64,000 nt of DNA, from assembly GCA_030141605.1 (NCBI GenBank), contig JAQGDQ010000409.1, positions 143,376 through 207,375 on the forward strand, in the 5' to 3' direction. The notes beneath the pieces are model-generated. The model was given only the letters and a program-made list of their open reading frames with translations, had not been told where the DNA came from and made no database searches. The stretch comes from Tubiluchus corallicola. Lineage: Eukaryota > Animalia > Priapulida. Numbering within the stretch: position 1 is the first letter of the stretch; every line of letters starts with the position of its first letter. Shown here piece after piece: positions 11,641 through 24,590 of this stretch. The translations under genes and the position numbers were made by a program.

Positions 11641-11676
11641 TCAACTGATGAGGTCCGAGAGGACGAAAGCTCCTGA
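11641..11676 (+). ncRNA. Minimal hammerhead ribozyme motif, second family
   Basis: UCAA-CUGAUGA-G-GUCC GAGA GGAC-GAAA-GC-UC-CUGA: perfect core, GNRA-capped stem II, palindromic AGCU; stem I has one mismatch. Confidence 0.7.
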
Positions 11677-12385
11677 AGCAAAAATAAAGAATTTTTTGAG
11701 ATTTGTGGGCATTTTAACTCCTTTTACGATTATAAATACTTTACCTCTTTTCCCCCTTCCCGTCTTCGCGTATTGGTCGGTCAAAGAAAAAATAAACCAG
11801 CAGTTTTTGACTCGTGGTTTCTTTTTTGCAGGTTTATTGAGAAAAGTTTTCTGAAGTAATATGGCGCTTAATTTCTGTTCGTCTCTAATCAAATTTGCCA
11901 GAATCAGTTATCTAATGAGTAAGTACGGGATTTTATTATACACTAGACGATTGTCACCTTTAGCAAGCTTGTTGCAAAGTACAAAAGTCATTTTTGCTTT
12001 AATTACCTATTGTTCTCATAGCTTAGCACAAAATGAAACTGAAATTTCAATATCATTAAAGGAAACAGCATGCCATTTAGCATGTTGGGTTTATTTTATT
12101 GTTATTACTTAAACTTAAAGTAACACAACGAAGAACTATATAGATTACATAGTGGCTTTGGCAGAGGGTAAAGCAATCATACTTCTTGCCAAATATAATT
12201 TTGTCTAGGTGTTTCGTACAGTATAGCTAAAAGTTGTACAAAATGCATAAAGCCAGTTAAATTAAAATGTTAATCAAGTCGCGAGTAAGCCAATAAACTG
12301 TTTTTTGCATTGCAACCCAAGCATAGCATTTTGTTGGCTATGTCTAACCGATACTGTGTGTTATAAATGTAATTGGTCAGATTAA

Positions 12386-12899
12386 AGGAAAAGACAAGTA
12401 AATTAGCATGTTGAGTTTATTTTACTGTTATCACAAATTTAGAAAACTGTAACAGAGATATTTACAAAAAGCTCTCTATAAGGCATAAAGTTAATTTATA
12501 CTGCTGCTATGTAGAACTTTTCAACTGCGATGGTGGCCGCCATTCACTTGAAGATTGTGACGTAACTGGTGGAGTTCGTGACTCTGTGCTACTTAACTAA
12601 TTCAAATTTCTGCAGCTTACCCAATGTTCATGCCAAAACATAACAAAATTATCTATCTGATTTTTTTCAAAAAAGTTATTATACTTTGACGGAAGTTGAC
12701 AGTGCGCTACTTTTCTTCAGTCGATGAATGACGTCACTGAAGGTTCAAAATGGGACCACTCAAACGTGAAGTGATCGTGATACTAAAATGATTTTACTAA
12801 TTACACGGGGTGTTTATCATACTCTTCTTACTAAATTCTTCTAACATTTTTGGGAAACATTGAAATAATCCCAACTTCCCATAAGGCTTTGTCTTTCCT
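12386..12899 (+). mobile_element. Kolobok-like MITE family C, full length
   Basis: TTAA at 12382-12385 and 12900-12903; imperfect TIR AGGAAAAGACAAG...CTTTGTCTTTCCT; homologous to 62600-63130, 18750-18923 and 63850-64000. Confidence 0.8.
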
Positions 12900-13617
12900 T
12901 TAATAAATTGTGCAAAAGCCAGCCTGTAAAATTGGCTTCCATCATTGGAGAAAAAAGAAATGCGGTAGAATATTTCTAAAAATGACTGTTGTATATTTAT
13001 TACGTTCTGACTACTAGGCAGCACCTGCTCCTCAGGCAAATAAGCAAAATATTTTTAATTTTTTCAAAAGAGATTATTATTGTTGTTGTTGTCATCGTCA
13101 TCGTCATCATCGTCGTCATCATTGTTGTTACCATTTATTCATACTTGGGTACTATACAAAATTAGGTACAAGGATTAGTCATAAATAACAATATCTAAAT
13201 AATTAATAAAATAATAATGGTTAATTTAAAAAGACGACATTACTTTAAAAATTAATGTCATAGTAATAGACCTATAACATATAAACTTGTTACCCATAAT
13301 CAAGTGTATGTACAAACTATCTATAACATAACATTTTCTAACAGTCAAGTAAAATACAACTAGTTACAGCAAATACGAATTAGTATAGAAATTTGCTTTT
13401 ATGTTTCAAGAAAGTTGTTATTTGTTTCGATACCTTGTATTGTATCTCTGACAATTGAACAACTTGTTTCTCATCTTGGTTATAAGATTTCCCAATTATA
13501 CAATGCATTAAATGTTTCAAATCATGACAGTTCAAATTATTATTATGTTTATAAAGTATTAACTGCAAGTTGTAGCCAAAAATATGATATATGATTTTAA
13601 GTCTCATTAAGGTTTTA

Positions 13618-13682
<65 letters not shown>

Positions 13683-13691
13683 CTCGCTCTG

Positions 13692-13742
<51 letters not shown>

Positions 13743-13828
13743 TTCTTTCTCTCTGTCGGTCTCTCTCTCGCCCTCTTTCTATCTCTCTCCATCCCTCTCT
13801 CTCGCTGTCTCTCTCTCTCTCTCTGTCG

Positions 13829-13884
<56 letters not shown>

Positions 13885-13915
13885 TACTCTCTCTCTCACT
13901 CTATCTCCTCTCATC
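13618..13915. repeat. (CT)n microsatellite
   Basis: Direct reading. Confidence 0.95.
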
Positions 13916-15059
13916 TCATTTTTCATAATTTATCGCTTGTTTACATTAGCTTCTTGACAATAGTGACCAACAAAACACCGTGTCAACAACGTGGACAAAG
14001 CAAACCAACTGTTCTCTCTTCTCTTGTGCCACTCATGGTCAACACAGGTTGTAGGGCGACCTGTTTAACTAGTATTATTACTCGTGCTTGCATTCATCTA
14101 TTATTTGTGCAGTTATTGCATGATGACACGTCACGGTATGTATTGACTATTGGGACAAGGCTGGTCATCTAACTCCTTGCATGCAACCATGACATAACCA
14201 CACTGTCGCCATTCATTAGTGGACGTGTAGGTCAATATGTGAAACAATGATGTCATGATAATGCACAATGCTCGCCGCAGAGTGGCGCATTTATAATGCA
14301 TGAGCTTATTGGGTATTGTGTCATATGTTTACTTGTGCGTCAACAATCGGTAACTGCTACCTGTAGATTTGTCAAGGGGAAATGAAGCCGTGCCCGTAGA
14401 CTCACTTTTGCCATCTTTACTTTACTGAACAATGAACAGTTTTGCTCAAAACGAAAATTTTATGATATAAATGGGTTTGCCACTTCACGACGAAAAATAG
14501 TTCGTTTTCCACTGGTCATGCGGAAACCGATGGTCAGTGTTATCCAAAGCTGCTTTTGTAGCAGTGGCACAACTTTTTATGAGGGTTTTCGCAGATGACC
14601 TCCTTACGGTTTCTGAGGAAGAGTGTGGACGTCATTTCGCACAAAATAGCTTTGAATGCAATATAATCATTTAAGATCTAAATAAATTAATATTTAAATG
14701 CTGTTTTCAGGTTATTCAATAAGCTAAAGTTTAATTAGAATGCCTGTTAAGTGAAAAAGAAAATTTAACAGAATTATAATATTAATAATTAAAAAATGTA
14801 AAAGATGAGAATAATAAATGGTGTGATAATAGAATAATAACACTTTCAGTCAAATTAACAAAAGAATAATAAAACAGAGGAAAATTATAAATAGTATATT
14901 ACAAGAGAACACTAATATTAATTACAATGGAAAGAGGGGAATAGTAAGTAGTATAGCGTAACAGAATAATGCTTATAATGAACTATAGTATTTACGATGA
15001 CAAAATAGTGATATAAAAATAACAAATAAGTGACAAAGAAGTAGCGTCATAAAGTAGAT

Positions 15060-15270
15060 AAGATTCAGATCACCAATGATTTGAAATTGTAACGGCAACG
15101 GCAAGAATACTAAATGGCAAAATCCAATCTTCAGATCATCAATGATTTGAAATTGTAACGGCAACGGCAACGGCGAGAATACTAACTGGCAAAACCTAAA
15201 ATTCAGATTATCACTGATTTGCATTTGTAACGGTAACGGCAAGAGTACTGAAAGACAAAACCCAATTTTG
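15060..15270. repeat. Tandem repeat, ~70-75-bp unit, 3 copies
   Basis: ttcagat...tgatttg...ttgtaacgg(c/t)aacggcaa...tact repeated three times. Confidence 0.85.
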
Positions 15271-15355
15271 TCCTGGGTTAGGACTAAACTATAGAATATA
15301 CTATATACAACATGTTTTATACAATCATACGGTTTGGAGAGAACCAATTACGCTA

Positions 15356-15434
15356 ATGAGACGATGTTACATTGTTTCGGATAAAGTTGTAAAGTTGTTT
15401 CGGATTTGTGTGTTGCGTCCTTACTTGTGTTGTT
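15356..15434 (+). CDS. MRPS12: Candidate first coding exon of MRPS12 (transit peptide)
   Basis: ATG at 15356, 26 codons +1 nt (MRRCYIVSDKVVKLFRICVLRPYLCC), GTAAGT donor at 15435; phase 1 fits the acceptor at 15679 and gives a 148-aa protein. An alternative model exists (see findings). Confidence 0.4.
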
Positions 15435-15679
15435 GTAAGTGTAAATCGCTAAATAGCGACAGTAAATAAATGTTGTCTTTTTGTGTTTTGTCTTTTTTGT
15501 CTTTAGTATGATTTGTAATTCGCACGAAGCGTAACTATGGCTACAAGCAGAAGCGAGTGTAGCGTTTTGTTTATGCCTGTATCACTTATAAAAGCTGAAA
15601 TTACCGTTGTTTGTTTCTCTAGACATGTATATTGATAATGTGAACGCACCTTTAGTTATTCATGCTTCTTCATTTTCAG

Positions 15680-16047
15680 ATTCACCCGTTACAAACGTCG
15701 CAAGGACAATGGCCAGTCTATTCCAGATGCACAAGACCGGCCCTCACATCAAAAAGAAAAAACCCATTGAGTTAAGGCCCATGCAAGGTCGCCCGCAGAT
15801 GAAAGGAATTGTCCTCAAGACTTTGATCAAAAAACCTAAAAAACCAAATTCTGCAAACCGGAAATGCGTCCGAGTCAGGCTGTCCAGCGGCAAGGAAGTG
15901 ACGGCATACATACCCGGAGAGGGACACAATTTACAGGAACACAATATTGTGCTGATTAGGGGAGGTAGGACCAAGGACTTGCCCGGGGTAAAACATAAAG
16001 TCATACGTGGAAAGTACGACTGCGCACACGTGGTGAAGAAAAAATAA
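15680..16047 (+). CDS. MRPS12: Mitochondrial ribosomal protein S12 (uS12m), main/last coding exon
   Basis: S12 signatures [55 protein letters not shown]; PNSANRKC and a basic C-terminus are typical of the metazoan mitochondrial form; acceptor ttcattttcag at 15679; AATAAA at ~16122. Confidence 0.95.
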
Positions 16048-16269
16048 ATCATATTCCAAGTATGTGAAGAAATAGTTGTGTAATATTGTACATAGTGTTT
16101 GTTATTTGTGTGTTGAAATTGAATAAATAAAACTGATGAATTTGAAAAAAATGTGTACGATCAAACATTGGAATCTAGTTATTTGTAAAAGGCAATATCC
16201 TCAGATGAGGCACTGAACCAATACAGGTGATTTGAGTGGATCATGGACAAAGAACGCACCCTAAAACCA

Positions 16270-16365
16270 ATTTTCCAGTGATCTCTTATCCATTTTTGTC
16301 CGAGCCTGATGTTGCTTAACTTAGGTAGTTAAGTATTCACCATCACTACTCAGCCACTCATCTCC
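16270..16365 (-). mobile_element. Degenerate 5S rRNA-derived (SINE-like) sequence
   Basis: Minus strand aagttaagcaacatcaggctcgg...tggataagagatcactggaaaat resembles the 5S internal control region (aagctaagcagggtcgggcctgg...tggatgggagaccgcctgggaat). Confidence 0.4.
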
Positions 16366-16527
16366 TAATGTTATAGAATGCTGTCGTAGTTTTACACGAC
16401 TTGTAATAGAAAAGTGATTTGATATACTCCTCCTTTTCTAGTTAAAAGTATATAGTGATATAAGGGCTGAATCGTTTGCACATAGTGTAGAAAAGCCAGC
16501 TATTTCTAAACTTGACTGTGCCTTTAA

Positions 16528-17051
16528 AGGAGAGTAATAGCGAATTTTAAAGTATGTCCCAGAAAGTAAACCATACAATGTTGTATTACTTAGCATTACG
16601 CTTAGCTGTTTGAAAGACTTATGTAATTAGGAAAGAAAAATTTAATAGTTTCAAATATTTGTGCCACCTGGTAACACAGCACTGCATCACCGTCCCAGTG
16701 TGCACCACTGATTCACCAAAAGACATTATTGCACAAGTGATATTATACAAATAAAACTGATAATAATTAATCTTATTGACAATATAAAACTATCTAACCT
16801 TTTGCTTAATTAGCGAAGTGTGGGGGTATGAATGGTCTGATTATTTTTTTGAACTTTGCACAATGTTACCTAAACCTTTTTCAATCTTAAAATAGCTGCG
16901 CTTAACGATCATTGCGAGAGTTTAAACTTGCATGTTTTATACAGCATTGCTGCTAATGCAAGCTCTGTATGCAATGAGACAGCATATAAGCGATATAAAA
17001 TTTCAATACGAATTTTTTAATCTTTATTTATGAAAAGTATTTTCTTTTGCT
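16528..17051 (+). mobile_element. Kolobok-like MITE family B
   Basis: TTAA at 16524-16527 and 17052-17055; homologous to 17462-18134 and 52088-52755. Confidence 0.75.
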
Positions 17052-17461
17052 TTAAGTAACATGACCTGAGCTCATGTTTGAATCAACCTCAATCAACTGT
17101 CTATGCAACTGACCCTGCCAGCCACAATACATTACGCTAGGCAATCATGTAATTGCATTTTTATGCTATTCACCCCATAAGTCTAAGTAGATAACATTAT
17201 TCACGAATGTCTAAAAGGCTGTTTGTTGTTCATTTTTACTTCACAATGTCTGAATTGATAGGTTATTGGACATGACACTGTCCGACGTAAGGTTATCCTT
17301 TTTTTACTGCAAATTACTTGTGGGGTGCAACGTTTCTTGTTAAGAATGTAAGGCTTTATTATTGAGACGTGTTAGATGTTTACTTCCCTGTTACCATTCT
17401 TACCCAATTTGTTGCAATTTAAAGGAGAATTCAACCCTTAAACAACATTCTTGTACTTTGA

Positions 17462-18134
17462 AGGACAAGAAAAGGAGTACCTGAAGTATGTTTCAGAAAA
17501 ATCGCCTTAAAAATTATGTTACTTTATAGCAATTTTACGTATATATCGTACTCGCGTTGAAAGGAATTTTTGTTTGTTTTCATTTAAAATTTCCCGTTAC
17601 ACTGTACCGACCGCGCCATTACATGACATCATATACGCACAACGTAAATCAGGAAAAGAAAAGAAAATGTTAAACTAAGTACAAAAAAAATTTCCATGCA
17701 AAATTATATTTCGTTACCTGCTTAAAAGACTTATGTAACTAGAAAAGAGAATTATCAATTATTTAAAATGCTTTCACTATTTGGTAAAATGCCGCTAATT
17801 CACCCTCAAGGGTGCACCACTCATTAACCAAAAACGTAGTTTTAATCTTATTGACAAGATACTGTAATAATAAATTTTATTGAGTTAGTAACTTGTGTGC
17901 TACGAATGCTCTGATTATTTTTTCAAAGTTTACACAATGTTATCTAAACTTGTTTCAAATGACCTGTCGTCAAAATGGCTGCGCCTAACGATCATCGCGC
18001 GAGTTTAAATTGACGTGTTTTATACAGCGTTACTGCCGATGCAAGTCTACTATGCAAAAAGGCAGTACGTAAGTGGTATAAAATTTCAAGACGAATTTTT
18101 TAAGCTATATGTAAGTGGAGGGTTTTCTTGTGCT
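17462..18134 (+). mobile_element. Kolobok-like MITE family B, full length
   Basis: TIR AGGACAAGAAAA...TTTTCTTGTGCT; left flank TTGA, right flank TTAA; collinear with 52088-52755. Confidence 0.8.
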
Positions 18135-18749
18135 TTAATATACACTTAGAAATGTTGAAATTAGCTCACAATATACACTTTAGTAAAAATACTAAAGAAA
18201 TTTAGATCATTTTTATTTCCTACCAAACAAACCTCGCTAGGGCATAATTGAAAAAAGTGACGTAAGCTGGTGGACAGCACGAAGGCTTGCGTAACTAAAC
18301 TTCTGCAGTTCACTATTCTAGCTGACTAAATCTTTCTGTTAAAATGTGTTTATGTAAAAATTAGTGGGATCAATTTGTAATAACTTTAGTGCTTAGATAG
18401 CTTTAATCAACAGGATTATATCTCAAAATACGTAACACAAAGTTATTACAGATAAGCATGAAGTACTGGGAGGCTTCGAGCATACAGTAGGTGCTGGGCG
18501 GAGCTGATAGAATTCAGTTTAACTTGTTAAAATAACTTTGTTGGCGTTAACTATCCGAGTTGGAGAAAATTATATTATAGTCGGTAACTGGTTTTCGTTA
18601 CACAGTGGGCAACTGAATTGATAAGAAAGCAAAAAATACTATTAATAATCTTTTATTTAATGTTTTGAATTGTCTATAGTTCATAATATTTGCATCAAAG
18701 TTTGCTCAAGCACCTGGCGGGATAAATGTTTTATGTTGCACGGTAACTG

Positions 18750-18923
18750 GATGACGCCATTTTTCGTTCAAAATGAGCGCCCCCAAGCGTGAAGTGATCG
18801 CAACTTTTAATTTATTTTACTAATCTGCACAAAGGCTTGTCACGGTTTTATTGCTGAAATTCTCTAACATTTTTGTTAAACATTAAAAGAAGCTCAACTT
18901 CCCGGAGAGACTTGACTTTGCCT
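18750..18923 (+). mobile_element. Kolobok-like family C 3' part (possibly extending to ~18140)
   Basis: aagcgtgaagtgatcg...ttctctaacattttt...cttgactttgcct-TTAA matches the family C end. Confidence 0.65.
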
Positions 18924-18964
18924 TTAACAATGGTTTGTAAAACACACGGATTGTTCGTTGTGCA

Positions 18965-19057
18965 TGAGAGAGAGACAAAGACAGAGTGCGAGAGAGAGAG
19001 AAAGTGAGAGTGAGAGAGAAAGAGAGAGAGAGAGAGGGGGAGAGAGAGACAGAGGGG

Positions 19058-19127
<70 letters not shown>

Positions 19128-19187
19128 AAGAGAGGGAGGGAGAGAGAGAGGGGGAGTGGGAGGGAGAGAGAGGGAGAGAGAGAGAGA

Positions 19188-19276
<89 letters not shown>

Positions 19277-19470
19277 GGAGAGAGAGGGAGAGAGAGAGAG
19301 AGGGAGGAAGAGAGGGAGGGAGAGAGAGAATGAGATAGAGTGAGGGAGAGAGAATGAGATAGAGTGAGGGAGAGAGGGGCAGAGAGAGAGAGGGAGGATG
19401 AGAGAATGAGAGAGAGTGAGGGAGAGAGTTGGAGAGAGAGGGGAGAGAGAGAGAAAAAGAGAGAAAGCGA

Positions 19471-19548
<78 letters not shown>
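18965..19548. repeat. Compound (GA)n-(GT)n-(GA)n microsatellite
   Basis: Direct reading; GT tract ~19190-19257. Confidence 0.95.
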
Positions 19549-19550
<2 letters not shown>

Positions 19551-20354
19551 TCTGAGTAATGCTCGCGTCATACACGTGCCAGAACGAGATTTTCAACTTT
19601 GTGAATAAAACTGAACGTGAAGTCAATCAGCTAATACTCTATGCATACGAAAGTTCATTGTTGTATGAAATCCTTAGATTAGGGATAGCGTGACTTCTGT
19701 TTAGTGATGATGGCTTTGCCTGAGTCATAATTGGAGGCGGCATATAGAACACATTGCTCCTTTGTTTTGACGCATGCGTAGATTTCACGTGTAACTAGAG
19801 TAGACGCGCAGGCGCATTGGGGATTTTAGATTCTAATCAAATGCAGATCGCTAGAATTCTGTAAATTATTTTAACTTTTGTGGACATTGTCGGTTATAAT
19901 TATGTAACGCAGGCAACCTATTACTGGATCCGCATTTCTGTTATTATTTTATCATAATAACCAGCACCATTGCGGCTTGCGTTACCCAACTGTCTTGGAG
20001 CCATTTGGGCGGTAATTACAACCTTAACACTTTTTGCCCAAAATTACATAAAATTATGGTTTTTGTCCCGTAATGCCCAACTGTCGTGGGAATTGGCGAG
20101 GTAAACCACACGTGGCGTAACGCTCGCTCACAAAGACTAAATTCTGACACGCTTAGAAAAGCTCCAAATGTCATTCGGTAAGAAAATAGCTCCATTAGTG
20201 TGTTATGGTTTACAGCAACTGAGGAAAGAAAATCAGAAGCTTAGTTGAATTGAATTGAATTAATTGACTAACAGCATTAAAGCATGTTAATAATACGTCA
20301 CATAAAATGTTGTAAAAGGTTAGCCCAAATATGACAAATGTAACATTCAATTGC

Positions 20355-20753
20355 ACATTGCACAAATAACAAGTACTCTACCTCTTAGTTTAGATGTGCT
20401 AGTTTGTGACGAACTACACACGTTTGACAGCTCATACGTGAGCACAGCGGTAAATTTGAAATTTGAATTTTTATCTTAAAACTTGCCTAGTTTTAGTGCA
20501 ACACACTGAATATCTTACAGTAGCACTGTACTTGAATTCTCGCTTTCACAAACATGTGCAACACGCTCGTGGACTATTCTTGCTGTTGAAAATTACGTTC
20601 GTTTGTGATGTCATCAACAGTTGTGCTCGCCTGCAGTTTTTAATCTATTACTTAATTATCAGAAACGCTTTTGCAGTATTAATTGTGTTAAAATGTATAC
20701 TTTTTACCGTACTTGAAAATGCGATTGTATGTGAAAAATTATCCTGTCTTTCT
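20355..20753 (+). mobile_element. Kolobok-like MITE family A, truncated
   Basis: Homology to other copies; ends atcctgtctttct-TTAA (20754-20757). Confidence 0.75.
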
Positions 20754-22219
20754 TTAATAATACATCACATACAAAGTTGTAAAGAGTTAGTCCCATATCA
20801 GTAACGATGAATCTAAATGGTCACAAAGATAAAAACACAGGCTTACACAAAATCAAGATAGATAAAAATATAAAAGGTATGACAAATATAACACTCAGTT
20901 AAAATGAAGAGCTAAATTTATAAGACTTATTTGTAGACTTATTTGCTGATATGTAGGATCGAATGATATGAACAGCTAAATTTTTGAACTGATCTTTTGA
21001 AAAATGAAAATTGTACAAAATTGTCAAGTAAAAATTCACAAAAGAAACCTGTTAAATGAAACTCTGCCGCTTTATTGGTGTTTCAATGTTCGTTTTATTT
21101 TCTTTGTTCTAATTCTGAATTCAAATCAGAAAAAAACGGAGGAGGTATGGGATCTTATGGAGCTGTATTCTCACTACCTCGTGGATTACAAGAAGTATCT
21201 TTCCGAGTTTTTCATCATGTAATAGATTATTTGGGTAGCTTGTACCAGAAGTTACGTGGACCACTTCTATGTGGGCGTACAGGTCAAGAGGTCACATGTT
21301 TGACCCGTCCAGTCTCCAGTAAATCATGTGACAATTCGAAGCACATTACTTTCGATTCAGCACTCAAATTCTTGCACCGACAACAAAATGAACGAGTAAT
21401 CCACACAATACCCGGTAATAACTGCGTCATCTGGTCGTATAATATTAGCCACCCGTTTGGTTCTCGCCAGTAAATACGCTATTATATTTGTTGGCTTAAT
21501 TTTGTGTTGGCACGAAACTGTTCTAATAATAGACCCCGTAACAGCTATACTGTTAAGTAAATTTATGTAAAAGATGTGAGATAAATCACGTGGGCCTAAC
21601 GTGCAGACAGACTGCTGCACAATCGTACATCATACTTCAATTTAAATAGTTTCTTCAGTTTTTTTCCATTTTTTTCGAAATTCGTGCTGATCATCACCAC
21701 TTTTACTCTACTGAGTCGAGTACTAATGCCAAAAAAAAACGCCTGCCCACTAATACTTTTGACGTGTTCGTCCAATGACCTGCCGTGGATTTGAACTCGC
21801 AACCTTCCTGGCATACTGTTACACCATAAACTTGCTGTTCACTCAGATCAAAGCAATTCAACTTTGTTTTGTGTACCGTAACGTACCTCGTTCATTTTGA
21901 AAATTCATCGGTTTAATCCTTTTACATTTGTAAGTTCCAACGAATTGTCATTTCTGTGTGGGGTGGGGTGGGGTGGTGGGTGTTATGGGAGGTCCAGATC
22001 GACGAACTGAAACTCTATCTTTTTTAATGTGCAATGCAAGTTTTTGCATCACAGATTTACATTATGATTCATATGGTCTGTGGAGTGGAATCGTTGAAGT
22101 AATAAAACTGACTTAAATTTAAAACATGAAATGTTACTGTAACAGTATAATTTATCATTGTAATGATCATCATTAATTAAGTGCTTCCAAGTTCAGTATT
22201 ATTCTGTTACTGAAGAGGT

Positions 22220-22485
22220 TTCTTATTTCTCAACGTTTCAAAATATAAGTCAAAATTTAATCCGAAGTAGAGACGCATGTTTCAATTTCTCAACTTTTCT
22301 AAAACATAAGCCAAAATTTAATCAGAAGTAGAGACGCACTTTCATGTTTCAATTTCTCAACTTTTCTAAAACGTAAAACAAAATTTAATCAAAAGTAGAG
22401 ACGCACTTTCATGTTTCAATTTCTCAGCTTTTCTAAGACATAAAACAAAATTTAATCAAAAGTAGAAACGGCACTTTTATGATTC
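22220..22485. repeat. Tandem repeat, ~55-62-bp unit, about 4 copies
   Basis: atttctcaac...aaaatttaatc..aagtagagacgc repeated. Confidence 0.85.
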
Positions 22486-23299
22486 ATTTTTTAAGTTTCT
22501 TTAAACTTCATTCATCGCTGATCATTTACCTGCATTAAGTGTGTCAAAAACAAAAACAATTTCTAGATTTATCCATTTTTGTTAACTTTCTTTTTTACTA
22601 TTCTACCATTCATTTTTTTGTTTATTTATTTTGCTTATAATTATGCTGTATCCTCTTAGTACTGTATTAATTGGTAAAATACACGGTTTCCCTTTTTTCG
22701 CCTGACCTTTCCTCCCCTTTTTTCTTTCCTTTTTTACACGCGCACTCCCTCACGTCGCGACTGTTGGTAGAAATTTTGCGAAAAAATGAACGATGGGCCA
22801 AACAATCCTTGACCATTTAGACTATATGCGTGCTGGGTGGTCATGCACTTATACAGGGCGGCCGAAAAAAATTGTAGCAGAAAGAAAAACTGTGTCGAGT
22901 AATGTTTTCATAGTATTTTGCGTAAGCTTTTTATGAAACTTTAATGATGTTGTTTCGACAGTTTGTAAGTGAGTCAAAGCCACATATTTTCAGCCTTATC
23001 GAAACTATTCTATTTGTTGCCAGCGCCCCTGTTAAGATGCAAGATTCGTTTGCAAATCGCCCCAGAATAGAATCATCTCAGCATGCTGATTATACGTATC
23101 TAACCGTTACTGATTGGTGCTTAATTATGAAAAGTGCGTCGACGCAAGCGTCTATGCTAGCAAACCGACAATTCTATGCTTAAAAGTAGGTTAAAAACAG
23201 AGATGTGAGTAAGATCAAATAATAAACAAATAAATAAATAATCTATGATCATTGCGCATTAGAACTCATAGAGAATCCTATTTTACAAACTTTTTCTAA

Positions 23300-23810
23300 A
23301 ACATGCTCAATATACTGTGGCAGAGCAAATAAATTACTCATGAAATTTACTCACTGTTCAGTTAACGTGAAGAGACAATTGTTTAATGCTTACTGCACTA
23401 CGTTTTATTGTATGTTCACTTGGAGACATTTTTATTCTTACAATCTTAGCAAACTCAAGGTTGCGTATAACGTATCAACACTGAAGCTGTTTAACTTTTC
23501 ATATGATACGAGCGCCAGATATATTTCTGCTGGACTTAAATCTTATTTATTTTGATGTGATTCACAGAAAATGTGCATACAGTTTATACGTCAGGCTAAA
23601 TAAGAGTGAAAATTTCATATGCAAGAGCATTTTAAACAGTGATGTAAACTTTTCTTCTGTAATTAGACGTCATTGGCGTAATTTGTTAAATCGTTAATTG
23701 TTATTTGTGTTATTAATGCGAGTCACAATTTGTTGTATTATTTGTATTAATTTGTGATGTTCATATGGACTTTGTAAGGTTTGAAATAAAATATAAAATC
23801 AAATCAAATC
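23300..23810 (+). mobile_element. LINE 3' fragment (RTE-X/L2-group-like ORF2 C-terminus)
   Basis: Frameshifted KFTHCSVNVKRQLFNAYCTTFYCMFTW...LKVAYN...DTSA / RLNKSENFICKSI; tail aataaa...(aaatc)n. Confidence 0.65.
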
Positions 23811-24063
23811 TTAAACTATGATCAGATCACATTTTAAAGAAAAGTACGCTTTCCTCCATAATATTGAGGGCTGGTGTCAGTAGCCAGTAGTAAAGCACTA
23901 AAATCCTAAAACATTCTTACATTCAGCAAGGCACATTTTATTCAGAACTACAAGAAAGTGCCAATTAACTTCCAGTTTAAATTCAATTTCTGCGTACGTG
24001 TTTATTGGTTATAGTCAAGTTTGTGCTGAGCTTTATTACCTGACACGTGGATTCGTCTAGCGT

Positions 24064-24590
24064 CAAAGTACAAGAAAACATTCTTCGTAAATAAGACTTA
24101 AAAATTTGTCTTGAAATTTTATATAACTTTTGTCCTGTCTTATTGCATACAGAGCTTACGTTAGCAGTAACGCTGTACAAAACTTGTAAATTTAAACTCC
24201 GACGATGATCCTTAGGCGCAGCCATTTTAACGATAAATCGTTTGAGACAAGTTTAGATAACGTTGCGTTAAGTTTGAAAAATAATCAGAGCATTCGCAGC
24301 ATACTCTTCACTAACTAAGCAAAGGGTTAGATTATTTCATATTGTCAGTAAGATTCGCCTTGAAATTCGTTACAGATTCGCCTGTAGATTATAATATGTT
24401 TTTGACGAATCAGTGATGCACATTGGGAAGGTAAGTGACGTTTTTGCAGGTGACACGAACATTTTAAATTACTAAGAATTTTCTTTTCTAGTCACATAAT
24501 GGTTTTCAGCAGACAAGCGTAAGGCAAACTAATGTAACTTTGCATAGGAAGTTTTTTGGAACATTCTTTAAATTTCCTTTTCTTCCCGTT
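24064..24590 (-). mobile_element. Kolobok-like MITE family B, diverged
   Basis: Starts aaagtacaagaaaa; reverse-complement match to family B (acaagtttagataac...aataatcagagcattcg). Confidence 0.7.

Noticed and set aside
15607-15679. N-terminus MFVSLDMY... of the S12 ORF in the track
   Set aside because: TTG start; the region ends in a polypyrimidine-AG acceptor and is most likely intron.
15680-16047. Bacterial rpsL or horizontal transfer
   Set aside because: Splice acceptor, polyadenylation signal, PNSANRKC variant and no rpsG/fusA neighbours indicate nuclear MRPS12.
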